A DNA stretch of 64,000 bases from Candidatus Latescibacterota bacterium (GTDB lineage: Bacteria > Latescibacterota > UBA2968 > GCA-2709665). A program made the translations under genes and the position numbers. Below, one piece after another: positions 47,278 to 57,562 of the stretch. Each line of letters opens with the position of its first letter. Position 1 is the first letter of the stretch. The DNA is taken from NCBI GenBank assembly GCA_965219455.1, contig OZ244744.1, positions 64,001 to 128,000 of the forward strand. Direction: 5' to 3'. The notes beneath the pieces were generated by a model. That model was not told the origin of the DNA. It worked only from the letters and a program-made list of their open reading frames with translations, and did not search any database.

Positions 47278-48477
47278 GTGCCCGTCACCATCCGCGACGT
47301 CAGAACCATTCTCACCCAGCCGGCCGGATCACGCCTCATCGTGGTCAAAGTCGTCACTTCCGAACCCGGTCTCTACGGCCTCGGCTGCGCCACGTTCACC
47401 CAGCGTTTCCATGCGGTCCGCACCGCCCTTGAAAAACACATCAAACCCCTTCTCATCGGACGTGACGTCGACCGCATTGAAGACATCTGGCAGATATGTA
47501 TGCTCAACGGATACTGGCGCAACGGCCCCGTACTCAACAACGCGATTTCCGGCGTCGATATCGCTCTATGGGACATCAAGGGCAAGCGCGCGGGCATGCC
47601 AGTCTATCAGCTGCTGGGCGGCAGATGTCGCGAAGCCGCAGCCTGTTACGCACACGCCGACGGTCGAGACAGGAACGAAGTCCTCGACAACGTCCTGAAA
47701 TTCCACGAACAGGGCTACCAGCACATTCGCGTGCAGATGGGCGGGTACGGCGGCAGGACGTCCCGCTTGCGCAAACCGGAAGGTTCGCAGGAGGGCGCGT
47801 ATTATGATCCGCGGGAATACGCCCGCGGGATGCTCGACATGATCGGGCATGTCCGCGCAAACGCCGCCCCGCATATCGAACTCCTCCACGACATCCACGA
47901 ACGCATGGTCCCCATAGACGCGGTCCAGTTCGCGAAGAATGCGGAACCCTTCAAGCTGTTTTTCCTGGAGGATCCGCTCGCCCCGGAAGATCTGGAATGG
48001 TTCCGAAACATCCGGCGTCAATGCGCCACGCCCATCGCCATGGGGGAACTCTTCAACCACCCGCGAGAGTGGACCCCACTCATCGAGGACCGGCTGATTG
48101 ACTTTATCCGAATGCACATCAGCCAGATGGGGGGCCTTACCCCCGCCCGCAACGTGGCGATATTTGCCGGCATGTACGGCATTCGCACCGCCTGGCACGG
48201 TCCCGGCGACGTTTCGCCCGTCGGCCACGCCGCCAACCTGCACCTGGATCTCTGGGCGCCCAACTTCGGAATCCAGGAGTGGTGCCGTTTCAACGAACTC
48301 GTCTACGAGATCTTTCCGGGCACGCCTGAAGTTAGAGGCGGTTACATGTATCCCAACGACCGGCCCGGCCTCGGTATCGACATTGACGAGGACCTCGCCT
48401 CGAAGCACCCCTGTCAGGATGAGATTATCGGCTGGACGCAGGCCCGCCTGCCGGATGGCTCACCCGCCAGGCCCTGA
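47278..48477 (+). CDS. Enolase-superfamily acid-sugar dehydratase (RspA/ManD-like)
   Basis: GLGCATFTQR, YWRNGPV.NNAISGVDIALWDIKGK, LLHDIHER, FFLED, MGELF, TAWHGPGDVSPVG. Confidence 0.93.
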   Translation: MPVTIRDVRTILTQPAGSRLIVVKVVTSEPGLYGLGCATFTQRFHAVRTALEKHIKPLLIGRDVDRIEDIWQICMLNGYWRNGPVLNNAISGVDIALWDIKGKRAGMPVYQLLGGRCREAAACYAHADGRDRNEVLDNVLKFHEQGYQHIRVQMGGYGGRTSRLRKPEGSQEGAYYDPREYARGMLDMIGHVRANAAPHIELLHDIHERMVPIDAVQFAKNAEPFKLFFLEDPLAPEDLEWFRNIRRQCATPIAMGELFNHPREWTPLIEDRLIDFIRMHISQMGGLTPARNVAIFAGMYGIRTAWHGPGDVSPVGHAANLHLDLWAPNFGIQEWCRFNELVYEIFPGTPEVRGGYMYPNDRPGLGIDIDEDLASKHPCQDEIIGWTQARLPDGSPARP

Positions 48478-48576
48478 ATCCAACACCCGATACGGATCGC
48501 GATCACCGCTCCTTACCGACGGGCGGTCTCGTCCGCCGGTGATCGAAATCCATAAATTCCAACCAGGGAGGACCGA

Positions 48577-49446
48577 ATGATAAGAATCGGAATCGTAGGC
48601 GCGGAAAACAGCCACACCGTCGCCATTTCGAAAACGTTGAACATCGACAAAAAAGTACCGGGCTGCCGCGTCACCCATGTATGGGGCGAAGCCGACCGGT
48701 ACGCCAAAGACGCTCAGGATCGTGGACAGATCCCAAATATTGTCAGGAACCCCGAAGATATGATCGGTCAGGTCGACGCCGCGTGCGTGGACCATCGCGA
48801 CGCGAAATACCACCTGCCGGCGGTCTGGCCGCTGATAGAAGCCGGAATCCCGGTATTTGTGGACAAACCGTTCTGTTATCGCGTCTCGGAGGGCAGGCGT
48901 TTCCTGGACCGCGCGGCGGGACTCGGGGTCCCTGTCTGCTCCTTTTCGGTGTTACCCAAACAGAAGTCCTTCAGCCAACTGAAAAAAGACATCGGTGAGT
49001 TGGGTCGGATCGTCTCCGTGGTTACGACCGGTCCGTGCGATATCAAATCCAATTGGGGCGGCGTCTTCTTCTATGGTATCCACCAGGTCGACATGGTCGT
49101 GCGGCTGCTTGACAGCGACATTACCCACGTGGATGTCAACAGGGGTAAAAAGAATCATACCGGCACGCTTTACTCCGCGAGCGGCGCCATCTCCACGCTC
49201 AATCTCTTCACCGAAGGTCACTCCGCATTCCACGTGTCTGTGATCTGCGAAAAAGGGCGCGTCGACCGCGTCATCGGCTATGACGACAATCCTTATCTGG
49301 GCGGCGCAGAAGCCTTCTGCAACATGTTTAAAACCGGCATCACCGACGAAACGCGCGAGTCGATGCTGAAGCCGGTTGCCGTACTGGAAGCGATGGAGAA
49401 ATCCATCGACCAGAAAAAGAAAATCGAAGTACCGTCCATCGCATAG
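48577..49446 (+). CDS. Gfo/Idh/MocA family oxidoreductase
   Basis: IGIVGAENSH, P.FVDKP, FFYGIH. Confidence 0.85.
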   Translation: MIRIGIVGAENSHTVAISKTLNIDKKVPGCRVTHVWGEADRYAKDAQDRGQIPNIVRNPEDMIGQVDAACVDHRDAKYHLPAVWPLIEAGIPVFVDKPFCYRVSEGRRFLDRAAGLGVPVCSFSVLPKQKSFSQLKKDIGELGRIVSVVTTGPCDIKSNWGGVFFYGIHQVDMVVRLLDSDITHVDVNRGKKNHTGTLYSASGAISTLNLFTEGHSAFHVSVICEKGRVDRVIGYDDNPYLGGAEAFCNMFKTGITDETRESMLKPVAVLEAMEKSIDQKKKIEVPSIA

Positions 49447-49557
49447 AGGCACGTCGGCGGGACCCGTCCGGAGTTTCTCATCGCCGCACGGGACAGCCGT
49501 GCGGAACCCCCCGGACGCAGCCGGCCCGATGATCATACCATCCCGCGTGGGCTGGCT

Positions 49558-50601
49558 TCAGCATCCTATCGCTTCCCTCAGCACCCTGAGGTGGTTCTCG
49601 CCGAGAATCTTGCCGACGTCGCCCTCCGAATACCCCCGCGCCAGCAGTCCCTCGGTAATTCGAGGAAATGCGGTCGCGTCGTCCAACAGGGTGCCCCCGC
49701 CGTCGAAATCCGATCCGATGCCCACGTGGTCCACGCCTGCAAGCTGCACTGCGTGGTCCACATGGTCAAGAAGTCGCATGAACGTGGGCTCTGTCGTATC
49801 GACGAAACGGGGCACAAACGTCACACCCATCGACCCGCCGTTCTTCGCGAGCGCTCTGATCTGTTCGTTGCTCAGGTTTCTTGGATGGTCGCACACCGAC
49901 TTGCAGTTGCTGTGCGAAGCGATCACCGGCTTTCGGGAAACGTCCATCACGTCCCAGAATCCTGCTTCGCTGATGTGCGACACGTCCACCAGCATTCCCA
50001 GGTTGTTCATCTCCTCTACAAGCCGCACGCCGAAACGGGTCAGTCCTCCGCGGGTACGTGCCTCGGCATTTCCGTCCGCGGCCAGGCTGCTGACATCGTG
50101 CGTCAGTCCGATCGAACGTATGCCCATCCTGTGAAGCATGCGAAGCACATTCACGCTGCCTTCCACCCCGTCGCTGTTCTCGATCGCCAGCACGACCGCC
50201 AGTTTGCCGTCACGTTTTGCGCGCGAAATATCGCCGGCGGATTTCGCCAGCACGACTTCGCCGCCGTGTGCTTCCAGTTCAGAGTCGAAGAACCCCATGG
50301 CGTCCAGCGCATAGGTCAGATGGTTTTTCACGGCAAGGGTGACATCGACGGCGAAAAAAGCCGCGTCCAGGCCTCCCTTTCGCATCTTGGGAAAATCAAT
50401 CTGTACCGTGGATTCCAGGGTCTGCCGGTCCAGCAGCCCCCTCAATCCGGCCACACTCGCGTTCCGACGGTCTCCGTCGGGCGGTGGGCTGCCGGAAAAT
50501 CCCAGATTTCCACGGCGAATATGATTGACGATCGCATCGTTGTGCGAATCGACCACCAGAGCGCCTCGATGTACGCGTGCCGCGTCGTTCCCGTCATTCA
50601 T
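49558..50601 (-). CDS. Membrane dipeptidase (peptidase M19)
   Basis: DSHND, D.PKM..GG, IEN, LTH, GLT.FG, DVSH, ASHSN, HPRN, GIGSDFDG, ILGEN.LRV. Confidence 0.95.
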   Translation of the reverse strand: MNDGNDAARVHRGALVVDSHNDAIVNHIRRGNLGFSGSPPPDGDRRNASVAGLRGLLDRQTLESTVQIDFPKMRKGGLDAAFFAVDVTLAVKNHLTYALDAMGFFDSELEAHGGEVVLAKSAGDISRAKRDGKLAVVLAIENSDGVEGSVNVLRMLHRMGIRSIGLTHDVSSLAADGNAEARTRGGLTRFGVRLVEEMNNLGMLVDVSHISEAGFWDVMDVSRKPVIASHSNCKSVCDHPRNLSNEQIRALAKNGGSMGVTFVPRFVDTTEPTFMRLLDHVDHAVQLAGVDHVGIGSDFDGGGTLLDDATAFPRITEGLLARGYSEGDVGKILGENHLRVLREAIGC

Positions 50602-50694
50602 GAAGATCTCTCCATTGAAATGCCAGATTCCGTTTTCCGTGGGTGAGTTAAAGACGAAACAGACGATCGACGTTGCTCGCAGGCCCTGCCACTG

Positions 50695-51957
50695 TCAGAA
50701 ATAATAACGCAAAGACGCGAAATACACCGCCGGATACAGTCCGAACTCCGATTCAGGGAACTCTGAAAATCCGGATTGAGTGGAGCCGGGGCGCCCACCA
50801 ATCCCGTAGAACACGCCACCGGAAACAGACGCATCCTGGAAGAATCCATACTCGAAGGCTGGCGACAGAAACGCCGACCGGTCCGCAAGGTTCCACAGCA
50901 CCGGCACGCGAATCGACCAGAGCGGTGTGAGTTGCCATGCCAGTGAAGGCGCCGCATAGTGCCTGCCCAACAGATAGACTCCTGCCGTGGTATGGGTCGG
51001 ATCGTTGAGCAGACTCCGATAGTCCCGGGTACTGGAAACGCCCGCGCCGTTCAGGTGATACTCGAGGGTACCATAGACCCCATTTGAGAATCGATAGTCG
51101 AGACCGGTCGAAATCCGCATGAACGACCGGCCACCCGCCGCGCGGGTCCACGCGGCCTCCAGCCATGCGCCCGCGTCCCCCAGCGACCTGGCCAGGTCCG
51201 CACCCAGGAGCAGATTATCCTGGTACATCATCGCCGTCACATAAACATCCGTTCCGTGCGTAAAGAAACGGCCGCGAACAAAGCCCGCGCCACGCTTCTT
51301 CGAGAGATCCCATCCTGGAATAACACCTGCGTCCAGTTCGCCCATCATCCCAACAGGCGCACGCAACCTGATCGCATCCACCCCCACCCGTTCTTCTTTG
51401 TCCATCACCTCGGGGGAATATGGCACGATGACATCGGTCGGATTCACCGCCCGCGCCGAACCGAATGCGACGACCTGTCTGCCAACGTAGACGTCCGCAC
51501 GCGGCAGTGAAACCGTCACCGACGCGCGGTCCAGATTCTGGGTTACGGTAAACCCCCGGCCCGTGCCGTCAGTACGAGGAAACAGTCTGGTCCTGAGATC
51601 CTTCACCCGGTAACCGAAAAGCGCGGGCGCCGGCAACCGGGAGGCTTCCAATAACGGCGCACCCGGGATTCTCCCGGACAATTCGTACGCGAACTCGCCC
51701 GATAGCCCGGGACCCGGTCGCCAGAACAACTCGAAGCGAACGCGGTTCAACAATATCCGCCGGGTCTCCGGGTTCCGGATTTCCGAGTCGGGCACCGGCA
51801 CCTGAACCATTGCAAAGCTCTTCACGTATCCACTCAGCCTGAGGCTGCCTTGGTCCGTCCACGCCCGCGTCGGCATCAGGACAAAGAGAATCAGGCAGCA
51901 CAGGAATAACCCATTCGCCTGCGGGTGGGGCCTGCTACTACCCGCTCCGGGTAACAT
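50695..51957 (-). CDS. Putative outer-membrane beta-barrel protein of the LolA-like/ABC cluster; start uncertain
   Basis: Signal-like segment; LDRA, GRQ.V.FG, NPTD, D.EER.GVDA, terminal YYF. Confidence 0.8.
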   Translation of the reverse strand: MLPGAGSSRPHPQANGLFLCCLILFVLMPTRAWTDQGSLRLSGYVKSFAMVQVPVPDSEIRNPETRRILLNRVRFELFWRPGPGLSGEFAYELSGRIPGAPLLEASRLPAPALFGYRVKDLRTRLFPRTDGTGRGFTVTQNLDRASVTVSLPRADVYVGRQVVAFGSARAVNPTDVIVPYSPEVMDKEERVGVDAIRLRAPVGMMGELDAGVIPGWDLSKKRGAGFVRGRFFTHGTDVYVTAMMYQDNLLLGADLARSLGDAGAWLEAAWTRAAGGRSFMRISTGLDYRFSNGVYGTLEYHLNGAGVSSTRDYRSLLNDPTHTTAGVYLLGRHYAAPSLAWQLTPLWSIRVPVLWNLADRSAFLSPAFEYGFFQDASVSGGVFYGIGGRPGSTQSGFSEFPESEFGLYPAVYFASLRYYF

Positions 51958-52639
51958 CCTGTACAATGCATCCATCCTTCAGCAACACCAAACGTTTCGC
52001 CCGATCCATAATCATCTGATCGTGAGAAGAAAATAAAAAAGTCATCCGCCGTCGCTCGTTTAATTCCCTCATCAGGTCCAGGAGCGCGGCGCCAGTGGCT
52101 GAATCCAGATTCGCCGTGGGTTCATCCGCGAGGATCAGATCCGGCTGCGAGACCATCGCCCGGGCGACCGCCACGCGTTGTTGCTGCCCGCCCGAGAGTT
52201 GGGGTGGGCGCCGGTCCTCCATTCCCTCCAGACCAACAGTGGCCAACATCTCCCGCACCCGTTCGCGGCGCGCGCGATGCGGCACCCCCTGCAGCAACAT
52301 GACATATTCGATATTTTCGAGCACCGTCAACACCGGGATCAAATTGTACGCCTGGAATATAAACCCGATATGGTCCCTGCGAAAGTCGGACAGCGCGCGT
52401 CCGCCCATCTCGCTGATCGGTGTTCCGGCCAGCCTGACCCGGCCGATTGTGGGCGAATCCAATCCGCTCAGGATATTGAGCAACGTGGATTTGCCGGATC
52501 CCGACGGTCCCGCAATGGCAGTAAACTCACCCTGCGAAACTTTGAGATCCACAGACCTCAACGCCGATACGCGCACCTCCCCCGCGCGGTAAATCTTGCT
52601 CACGCCTTCCGCTTCTATCACCACGGAATTTCCCGTCAT
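51938..52639 (-). CDS. ABC transporter ATP-binding protein (LolD/MacB type)
   Basis: [40 protein letters not shown]. Confidence 0.96.
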   Translation of the reverse strand: MTGNSVVIEAEGVSKIYRAGEVRVSALRSVDLKVSQGEFTAIAGPSGSGKSTLLNILSGLDSPTIGRVRLAGTPISEMGGRALSDFRRDHIGFIFQAYNLIPVLTVLENIEYVMLLQGVPHRARRERVREMLATVGLEGMEDRRPPQLSGGQQQRVAVARAMVSQPDLILADEPTANLDSATGAALLDLMRELNERRRMTFLFSSHDQMIMDRAKRLVLLKDGCIVQDVTRSG

Positions 52640-52668
52640 ACTTCACTCCCAAGCCCCGCGGTTTGTAT

Positions 52669-53895
52669 TCACTCGTACGTTTTCATCGCCTCAGCCGGAT
52701 TCAGGCGGGCCGCGTAGACGGCCGGATAGACCCCGGCAACCAGCGTAAAAAGAAATACGCACACCGGAAACAGGACGAACTGCTCCACCCGCAGGACCGG
52801 ATAAATCAACTCCCGCAGCGTCACGCCCGCAAACTCAATGCCGGCGTAATCGATCCCATAGATGGAATACACGGAAGTCACGACGAATCCCAGACCGCAA
52901 CCAATCACAATGCTGAGCACTGAAAGCGCACCCGCCTCGAACAGAACCATCATCGCCATACGGCCTGGACGGGTGCCCACCGCGCGCAGGACACCGAACT
53001 CGAACATCCGTTCGTGAAGCGACATGAACAGGGTGTTGACAATGCCCAGTGACACCACTGCAAACAGGATGGCGCCCACAATAAACGATGAGAACCCGGT
53101 CATTTCAACCACCGCACTGAGTTGGGGCATCAGGGCCCGCCAACTCCGGGCTGCGTTTCCGTTTCGCGACAGTCGCGACCAGAAAAGGGCATCCGTTGCC
53201 TCGTTTCCGGAGGACGACTTGAAATGCAGGGCAATCTCGTGCACCTCACCAGGAAGTCCGAGTAGACGTTGCACGGTCTCGATATGCGTGAAACCCACCC
53301 CGCCGTCCAGCTCACCGACGTCAAAGTGGAAAATCCCGCCCACCCGGAACATCTCCTGGGCTAATTCGTCGGTTTCAGCCTCCGCCGCCGTCACGACCAC
53401 CCGGTCGCCCACGCCGACCTCCAACGTTTTGGCCAGTTTCGACCCCAGCAGAATCTTTCGACGGTCATCTCGCTCGAGGAACGAACCTTCAACAATGACC
53501 TCGTGGATTTTGGAGAACGCCCTTTCCAGGTCGGGGTCGACGCCGTAAAGCAGCACAGTGCCCGACGTCGCCGGCGAGGCCAGCATACCGGGCGTCTGGA
53601 CGCGCAACGAAATGCGTTCCACTTCGGGATCGGCCTTCAGGCGCTCCAACACACCGGGCAGCCCCCGCACGGTCCGCGACACCTCGCGGGTGCTCCTGAA
53701 TCCTTCGGCGTGTACCTGGCCGTGTCCCATGAATGTATCCGTCGCAATCCGAATGATGCTTTCGGACATCCCGATCATCAGTCCGTCGGTAAAGATCAAC
53801 GCCGCCAGCCCAATTCCGATGGCGAACCCGGCCAGCAACGTCCGCCGTGCGTTTCGAAAAGTATTCATCCAGGCTATTTTCATTAAAAACAACAT
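52669..53895 (-). CDS. ABC transporter permease (LolC/E, FtsX-like)
   Basis: RN.RRT, GH.QVH, NTLFMSL.ER..EFGVLRAVG, YPA..AARLNP.EAM. Confidence 0.92.
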   Translation of the reverse strand: MLFLMKIAWMNTFRNARRTLLAGFAIGIGLAALIFTDGLMIGMSESIIRIATDTFMGHGQVHAEGFRSTREVSRTVRGLPGVLERLKADPEVERISLRVQTPGMLASPATSGTVLLYGVDPDLERAFSKIHEVIVEGSFLERDDRRKILLGSKLAKTLEVGVGDRVVVTAAEAETDELAQEMFRVGGIFHFDVGELDGGVGFTHIETVQRLLGLPGEVHEIALHFKSSSGNEATDALFWSRLSRNGNAARSWRALMPQLSAVVEMTGFSSFIVGAILFAVVSLGIVNTLFMSLHERMFEFGVLRAVGTRPGRMAMMVLFEAGALSVLSIVIGCGLGFVVTSVYSIYGIDYAGIEFAGVTLRELIYPVLRVEQFVLFPVCVFLFTLVAGVYPAVYAARLNPAEAMKTYE

Positions 53896-54000
53896 GATGT
53901 GTTCTTTCGACGACCCATTCGGATTTTCCGAACCGATCCCGACGCGCCGTGGACCCGCAACGACGCCGAGCCATCCGCGGATGAGGGCGCCAGTCTCCGC

Positions 54001-55215
54001 TCAATGTGTTCGCATCGCCCGCGCGGGCGCCACTTTTGCCGCGCGGGTCGCGGGAAACAGACTCACAAGAACGGCGGTGCCGAAGGTCAGCACCGCCGGA
54101 ATCCAGACCGACCGGAACGTAACCATACTGATCAGCCGATCGAAAACGTAACCGCCGTACTCCACGGGCGTCGGATAGACGATTCCATGTTTCGACAGGA
54201 TGGTGTTTCCTATCAAGCCCAAAACCCCGCCAAGAAGCACGCTGAAACCAGACAGATAGACCGTCTCGCCCAGGATCAACAAAAACACGTTCGCCGGCCT
54301 CGTACCCAGCGCGCGCAGAACGCCAAATTCACGTGTACGCTCCAGAATGGCCATCAGTACGGTATTCAGGACACCGATGGCCACAATCAGATTGATGATT
54401 CCCAGAGAAATCCACATGCCCTGAACATCGGCCTGCATCGCCCGGTAAAACGTGCGTTCAACCACCTGCCACGGTGAAACGTCGAGGGAGGCATCCGCCA
54501 GGAGGCCTTCCAATTGTCCAGCGGCGTGCAACGACGCCGAAGGATCCTCAAGCACAATTGCCACTTCGTGAACGCGGCGACCCAACGCCAGGAACCGCTG
54601 CGCCTCCTCGAGGTGCATATAACAGGCCGCGCGCTGGTACGGATCGGTGCCGTCGCCCACAATGCCCACGACGCGGTAGACGTCGTTGGCTATGGACCCG
54701 TCCGCTGCCTGCCCGATCAATATTACCTCATCGCCCGTGGTTGCGTTTAACGCCTCCGACAGTCCATGGCCCAGCATCACCTCCGACCCGGAACGCCCGG
54801 TCAGAAAACGACCCGCGCTCACTTTTAATTTGAGACGGGTCGTCCGTGCTTCGCGGCCGGGCAACACGCCCACAATCCGCGCGCCCGTGGTCTTTTTGCC
54901 TGCCGCGGCGAGTACCGGAGAATACACCCGGGGCGTCCATGCTTCCACACCGTTTAATGACCCGATGATCTCCCCGACCCGATCCGGATCGCCAATAGCA
55001 TTGTAAAGCGTGGGCCTGTCAAGATACCCTTTCCCGTGAACCTGGACGTGGCCGGTCCGGTCCCTGGTAAACGCCTCGATCAGACCCAGATAGGTGCCAT
55101 CCGAAATCCCGATGGACAACGAGCACAGCAAAAATCCGCCCGCCATCGCCGCCAGTGTCAACACCGATCGACGACGCTGCCGGAATAGATTTCGAAACGC
55201 GATTCTGAGCACCAT
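54001..55215 (-). CDS. ABC transporter permease (LolC/E, FtsX-like)
   Basis: IAFRNLFR.RRRS, GHVQVH, NTVLMAILERTREFGVLRALG, FPA.RAA. Confidence 0.92.
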   Translation of the reverse strand: MVLRIAFRNLFRQRRRSVLTLAAMAGGFLLCSLSIGISDGTYLGLIEAFTRDRTGHVQVHGKGYLDRPTLYNAIGDPDRVGEIIGSLNGVEAWTPRVYSPVLAAAGKKTTGARIVGVLPGREARTTRLKLKVSAGRFLTGRSGSEVMLGHGLSEALNATTGDEVILIGQAADGSIANDVYRVVGIVGDGTDPYQRAACYMHLEEAQRFLALGRRVHEVAIVLEDPSASLHAAGQLEGLLADASLDVSPWQVVERTFYRAMQADVQGMWISLGIINLIVAIGVLNTVLMAILERTREFGVLRALGTRPANVFLLILGETVYLSGFSVLLGGVLGLIGNTILSKHGIVYPTPVEYGGYVFDRLISMVTFRSVWIPAVLTFGTAVLVSLFPATRAAKVAPARAMRTH

Positions 55216-55357
55216 GGACGAATATCCGCCTCGTACTTAACTCTACAAAAACGATGAAGCCGTCAGCCTGACTCTGCGCCACTGCCGCTGACAGCGACCC
55301 GATGCAGCGCACGGAACCACCCCTCCTGCGGAAACCCGTTGTACTGCTCCCTGCTGT

Positions 55358-56107
55358 TCATCGGCGGCGCCGCAAATTCCGATGCGTAAACGTCTCCTTT
55401 GCCAGTTGACGATCGAATCGTGCGTCCAGATATCGAATGACCGTTCGGTATCCTTCTTTTCTCAACGGCTTCATTTCCAGCACCGCGGGCAAGGTACGCC
55501 CTCCGAAATCCCTGGGTTCCGAAAACGTCATCTCCCGCATCGGATCGCCGCGCTCGTCGAAATAAACGTACGAGAGCGGGATCAGATCGGACTTTCGTAT
55601 CTCAAGTACGATCTTTCCCCAAACCGTGGGTGTCTCATCCCGCGGAATCAGCACGATTTCATAAGCCTGGTCGTTCCCGGGCTTCCCGAAAGCCGGCTGG
55701 TAATCCGCCGCGAGCGAACTCTCCTTCACCAGATCGTCATTGGTAAAATCGGAACCCATCCAGGATCCCATCATCATCGACGGCGGAACTTTAATCACTT
55801 TGTCGATCCTGGGGAAATAGTTCCACATATCTGTATTCATACGCAACGTGGAGGTGCCCGCTTCTTTTTTCGGGGCCAGAATCGTGACAAAGGTCTTGCA
55901 CAACCCTTCGGTCCACATCTTCATCCGGAGGGTCCGCCGCCAGTGGGGCGTCTGGATTTCCATTTCCAATTCGGCGAAGCTGGTTTCGCTCCGGTACAAC
56001 CGGTCCATACGATCCACCAGCACCTGAATATCCCGGATCTCTTCCGCATGAACGCCGGTGGAACACAGAATCAATCCGGCCAGCGCGATTGGAAGCGTTC
56101 GCAGCAT
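55358..56107 (-). CDS. Outer membrane lipoprotein-sorting protein (LolA-like)
   Basis: D.LYRS.TS, TP.WRRTL, PKKEAG, MWNY.P, PPSMM.GSWMGSDFTNDDLV. Confidence 0.92.
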   Translation of the reverse strand: MLRTLPIALAGLILCSTGVHAEEIRDIQVLVDRMDRLYRSETSFAELEMEIQTPHWRRTLRMKMWTEGLCKTFVTILAPKKEAGTSTLRMNTDMWNYFPRIDKVIKVPPSMMMGSWMGSDFTNDDLVKESSLAADYQPAFGKPGNDQAYEIVLIPRDETPTVWGKIVLEIRKSDLIPLSYVYFDERGDPMREMTFSEPRDFGGRTLPAVLEMKPLRKEGYRTVIRYLDARFDRQLAKETFTHRNLRRRR

Positions 56108-56171
56108 CAGGTGCTCCTTTCCCTTGCGGCGTCCGTTGCCATGCCGGTCACCTGACATCCCCAACAGATCG

Positions 56172-56927
56172 CTATCGCTTCCAGAATGGACTTGCCACGT
56201 CCGAGAACGTAACCCGGCCGAAATCATCCGGCGCATGAAACTGCGGCTCCGGCGTAGTGCTGGCGGACCACTGGCTGAACTGCGCGTTGGTTTTTCCGCC
56301 CAGCCGGTTCAGGTTCAGGTTCCAGACGTCACCCGGCGCCGGCGGTGTGCGTTTGGCGACCCCGGCGAAATTCTCGAACGGTATGGCGGCCTCCAGGACC
56401 CAGTATGAATCGGTATCCTCGTCGTGGTTTAACGTGCCCGCGATAAACGTTGAAACCTGAAGACCTCTCGCCCGCCACCCCGTATGCACGACCTCACCGG
56501 CCCCCTTCGGATTGAACCGTTCCAGATAAATACTCAGTACATTCATCTCGATATTGAAATAAACGTGCGGCATGTCCGGATTCGGGGCCATAAACACTTC
56601 CACGCAGTCGTCATCGTAAACGGCGCTGTTTCGCTCGGTGTGATCCGCCCAGATATGGGCGTCTTCGCAGATATACGCCACGTAGAGATGGGTATCGTCC
56701 CAGAGAATCTTCGCCACCGTCTGCTCCTGTTTGCCTTCGCTGTACCAGGGAAAGACGAACGCCCCCACGTCGGGCGCAGCCACCCACGCCGGTTCGTCCA
56801 GCCGTCCGTCAACGGTTATCGGCGTTCCTGCTCGATAAATCGAATAGCTCGGCCAACCTTCGGCATGCGCTGAATCAAACGCCAGGAAAACAACAAGGAA
56901 CACAATACTCGCCAGCAGAAATTCCAT
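56172..56927 (-). CDS. Carbohydrate-binding family 9-like (CBM9-like) exported protein
   Basis: DGRLDEPAW, K.LWDD..LY, DDCVEVF, YFNIE.N, W.LE.AIP, GDVW.LN..R, FH.P..FG. Confidence 0.88.
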   Translation of the reverse strand: MEFLLASIVFLVVFLAFDSAHAEGWPSYSIYRAGTPITVDGRLDEPAWVAAPDVGAFVFPWYSEGKQEQTVAKILWDDTHLYVAYICEDAHIWADHTERNSAVYDDDCVEVFMAPNPDMPHVYFNIEMNVLSIYLERFNPKGAGEVVHTGWRARGLQVSTFIAGTLNHDEDTDSYWVLEAAIPFENFAGVAKRTPPAPGDVWNLNLNRLGGKTNAQFSQWSASTTPEPQFHAPDDFGRVTFSDVASPFWKR

Positions 56928-56951
56928 TACCCGACCTCCTGTCTCAATAAT

Positions 56952-57137
56952 TCACAGTGAATCCGTACTCTCACACAACGCGCGAAGAAACGCGGCGTCC
57001 GCCATCAGCGCGGCCTCTGGGTCGTCTTCGCGGACAAACTCGACTTCCAGAAATCCGTCGAAACCCGCCGCCGCAAGTTCCAGAACCTCCGCGAACGCCC
57101 GGTCTTTAAACGCAATTGTGCAAAGCGCAGTCTTCAT
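56952..57137 (-). pseudogene. Internally deleted sugar phosphate isomerase/epimerase (N- and C-termini joined at GFDG)
   Basis: MKTALCTIAFKDRAFAEVLELAAAGFDG is the family N-terminus; GFDGFLEVEFV...D..FL is the family C-terminus; 61 aa versus about 260-300 aa for intact paralogues in this window. Confidence 0.75.
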
Positions 57138-57163
57138 CCTCGCGTCTCCTCGGAAATTGACCT

Positions 57164-57192
57164 ATAATACCCCGACCACAGCCGGATGTCAA
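57164..57192 (-). promoter_or_regulatory. Sigma70 promoter of the leftward operon
   Basis: TTGACA-17 bp-TATTAT on the minus strand. Confidence 0.75.
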
Positions 57193-57361
57193 ATCGAATG
57201 GCGGTATCCGGATGCCACTCGGAGAGGCCCGGCGTCGCCCTGATTCAATGCGCTGCAGCCACGAGTCCGCGTGCGGCGTCCGGGCAATCGGTTCATCGCC
57301 GGTCGGGAACAATGGGTCGCGGAAAAAAGTCCTGTGACAGCTTGTTCCCGTGAATTCAGGA

Positions 57362-57395
57362 TCCTGTTGACAGGACTCAGGACCTTTTGTACTTT
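57362..57395 (+). promoter_or_regulatory. Sigma70 promoter with palindrome over the -35 box
   Basis: TTGACA(57367)-17-TACTTT(57390); TCCTGT-tg-ACAGGA at 57362-57375. Confidence 0.65.
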
Positions 57396-57562
57396 AGCGG
57401 AAGGCAGTCGTACCGTGGCGCCGGGGCCGGTTCGCCGTCCCTTCCACACGTCCCCTTGAATACGGATTTCCGGAATCGGGTTCCCGCGCCCGATCCGCCT
57501 CCAACTTCAGGCAACATGGATATCTTGATGTATTGGATCTATCGAAAATGGGAAGGAAGGCA

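Noticed and set aside
57399-57446. tRNA-like look (GGAAGG...GGTTCG...CCTTCCA)
   Set aside because: Too short, and no D arm, anticodon arm or proper T arm can be drawn
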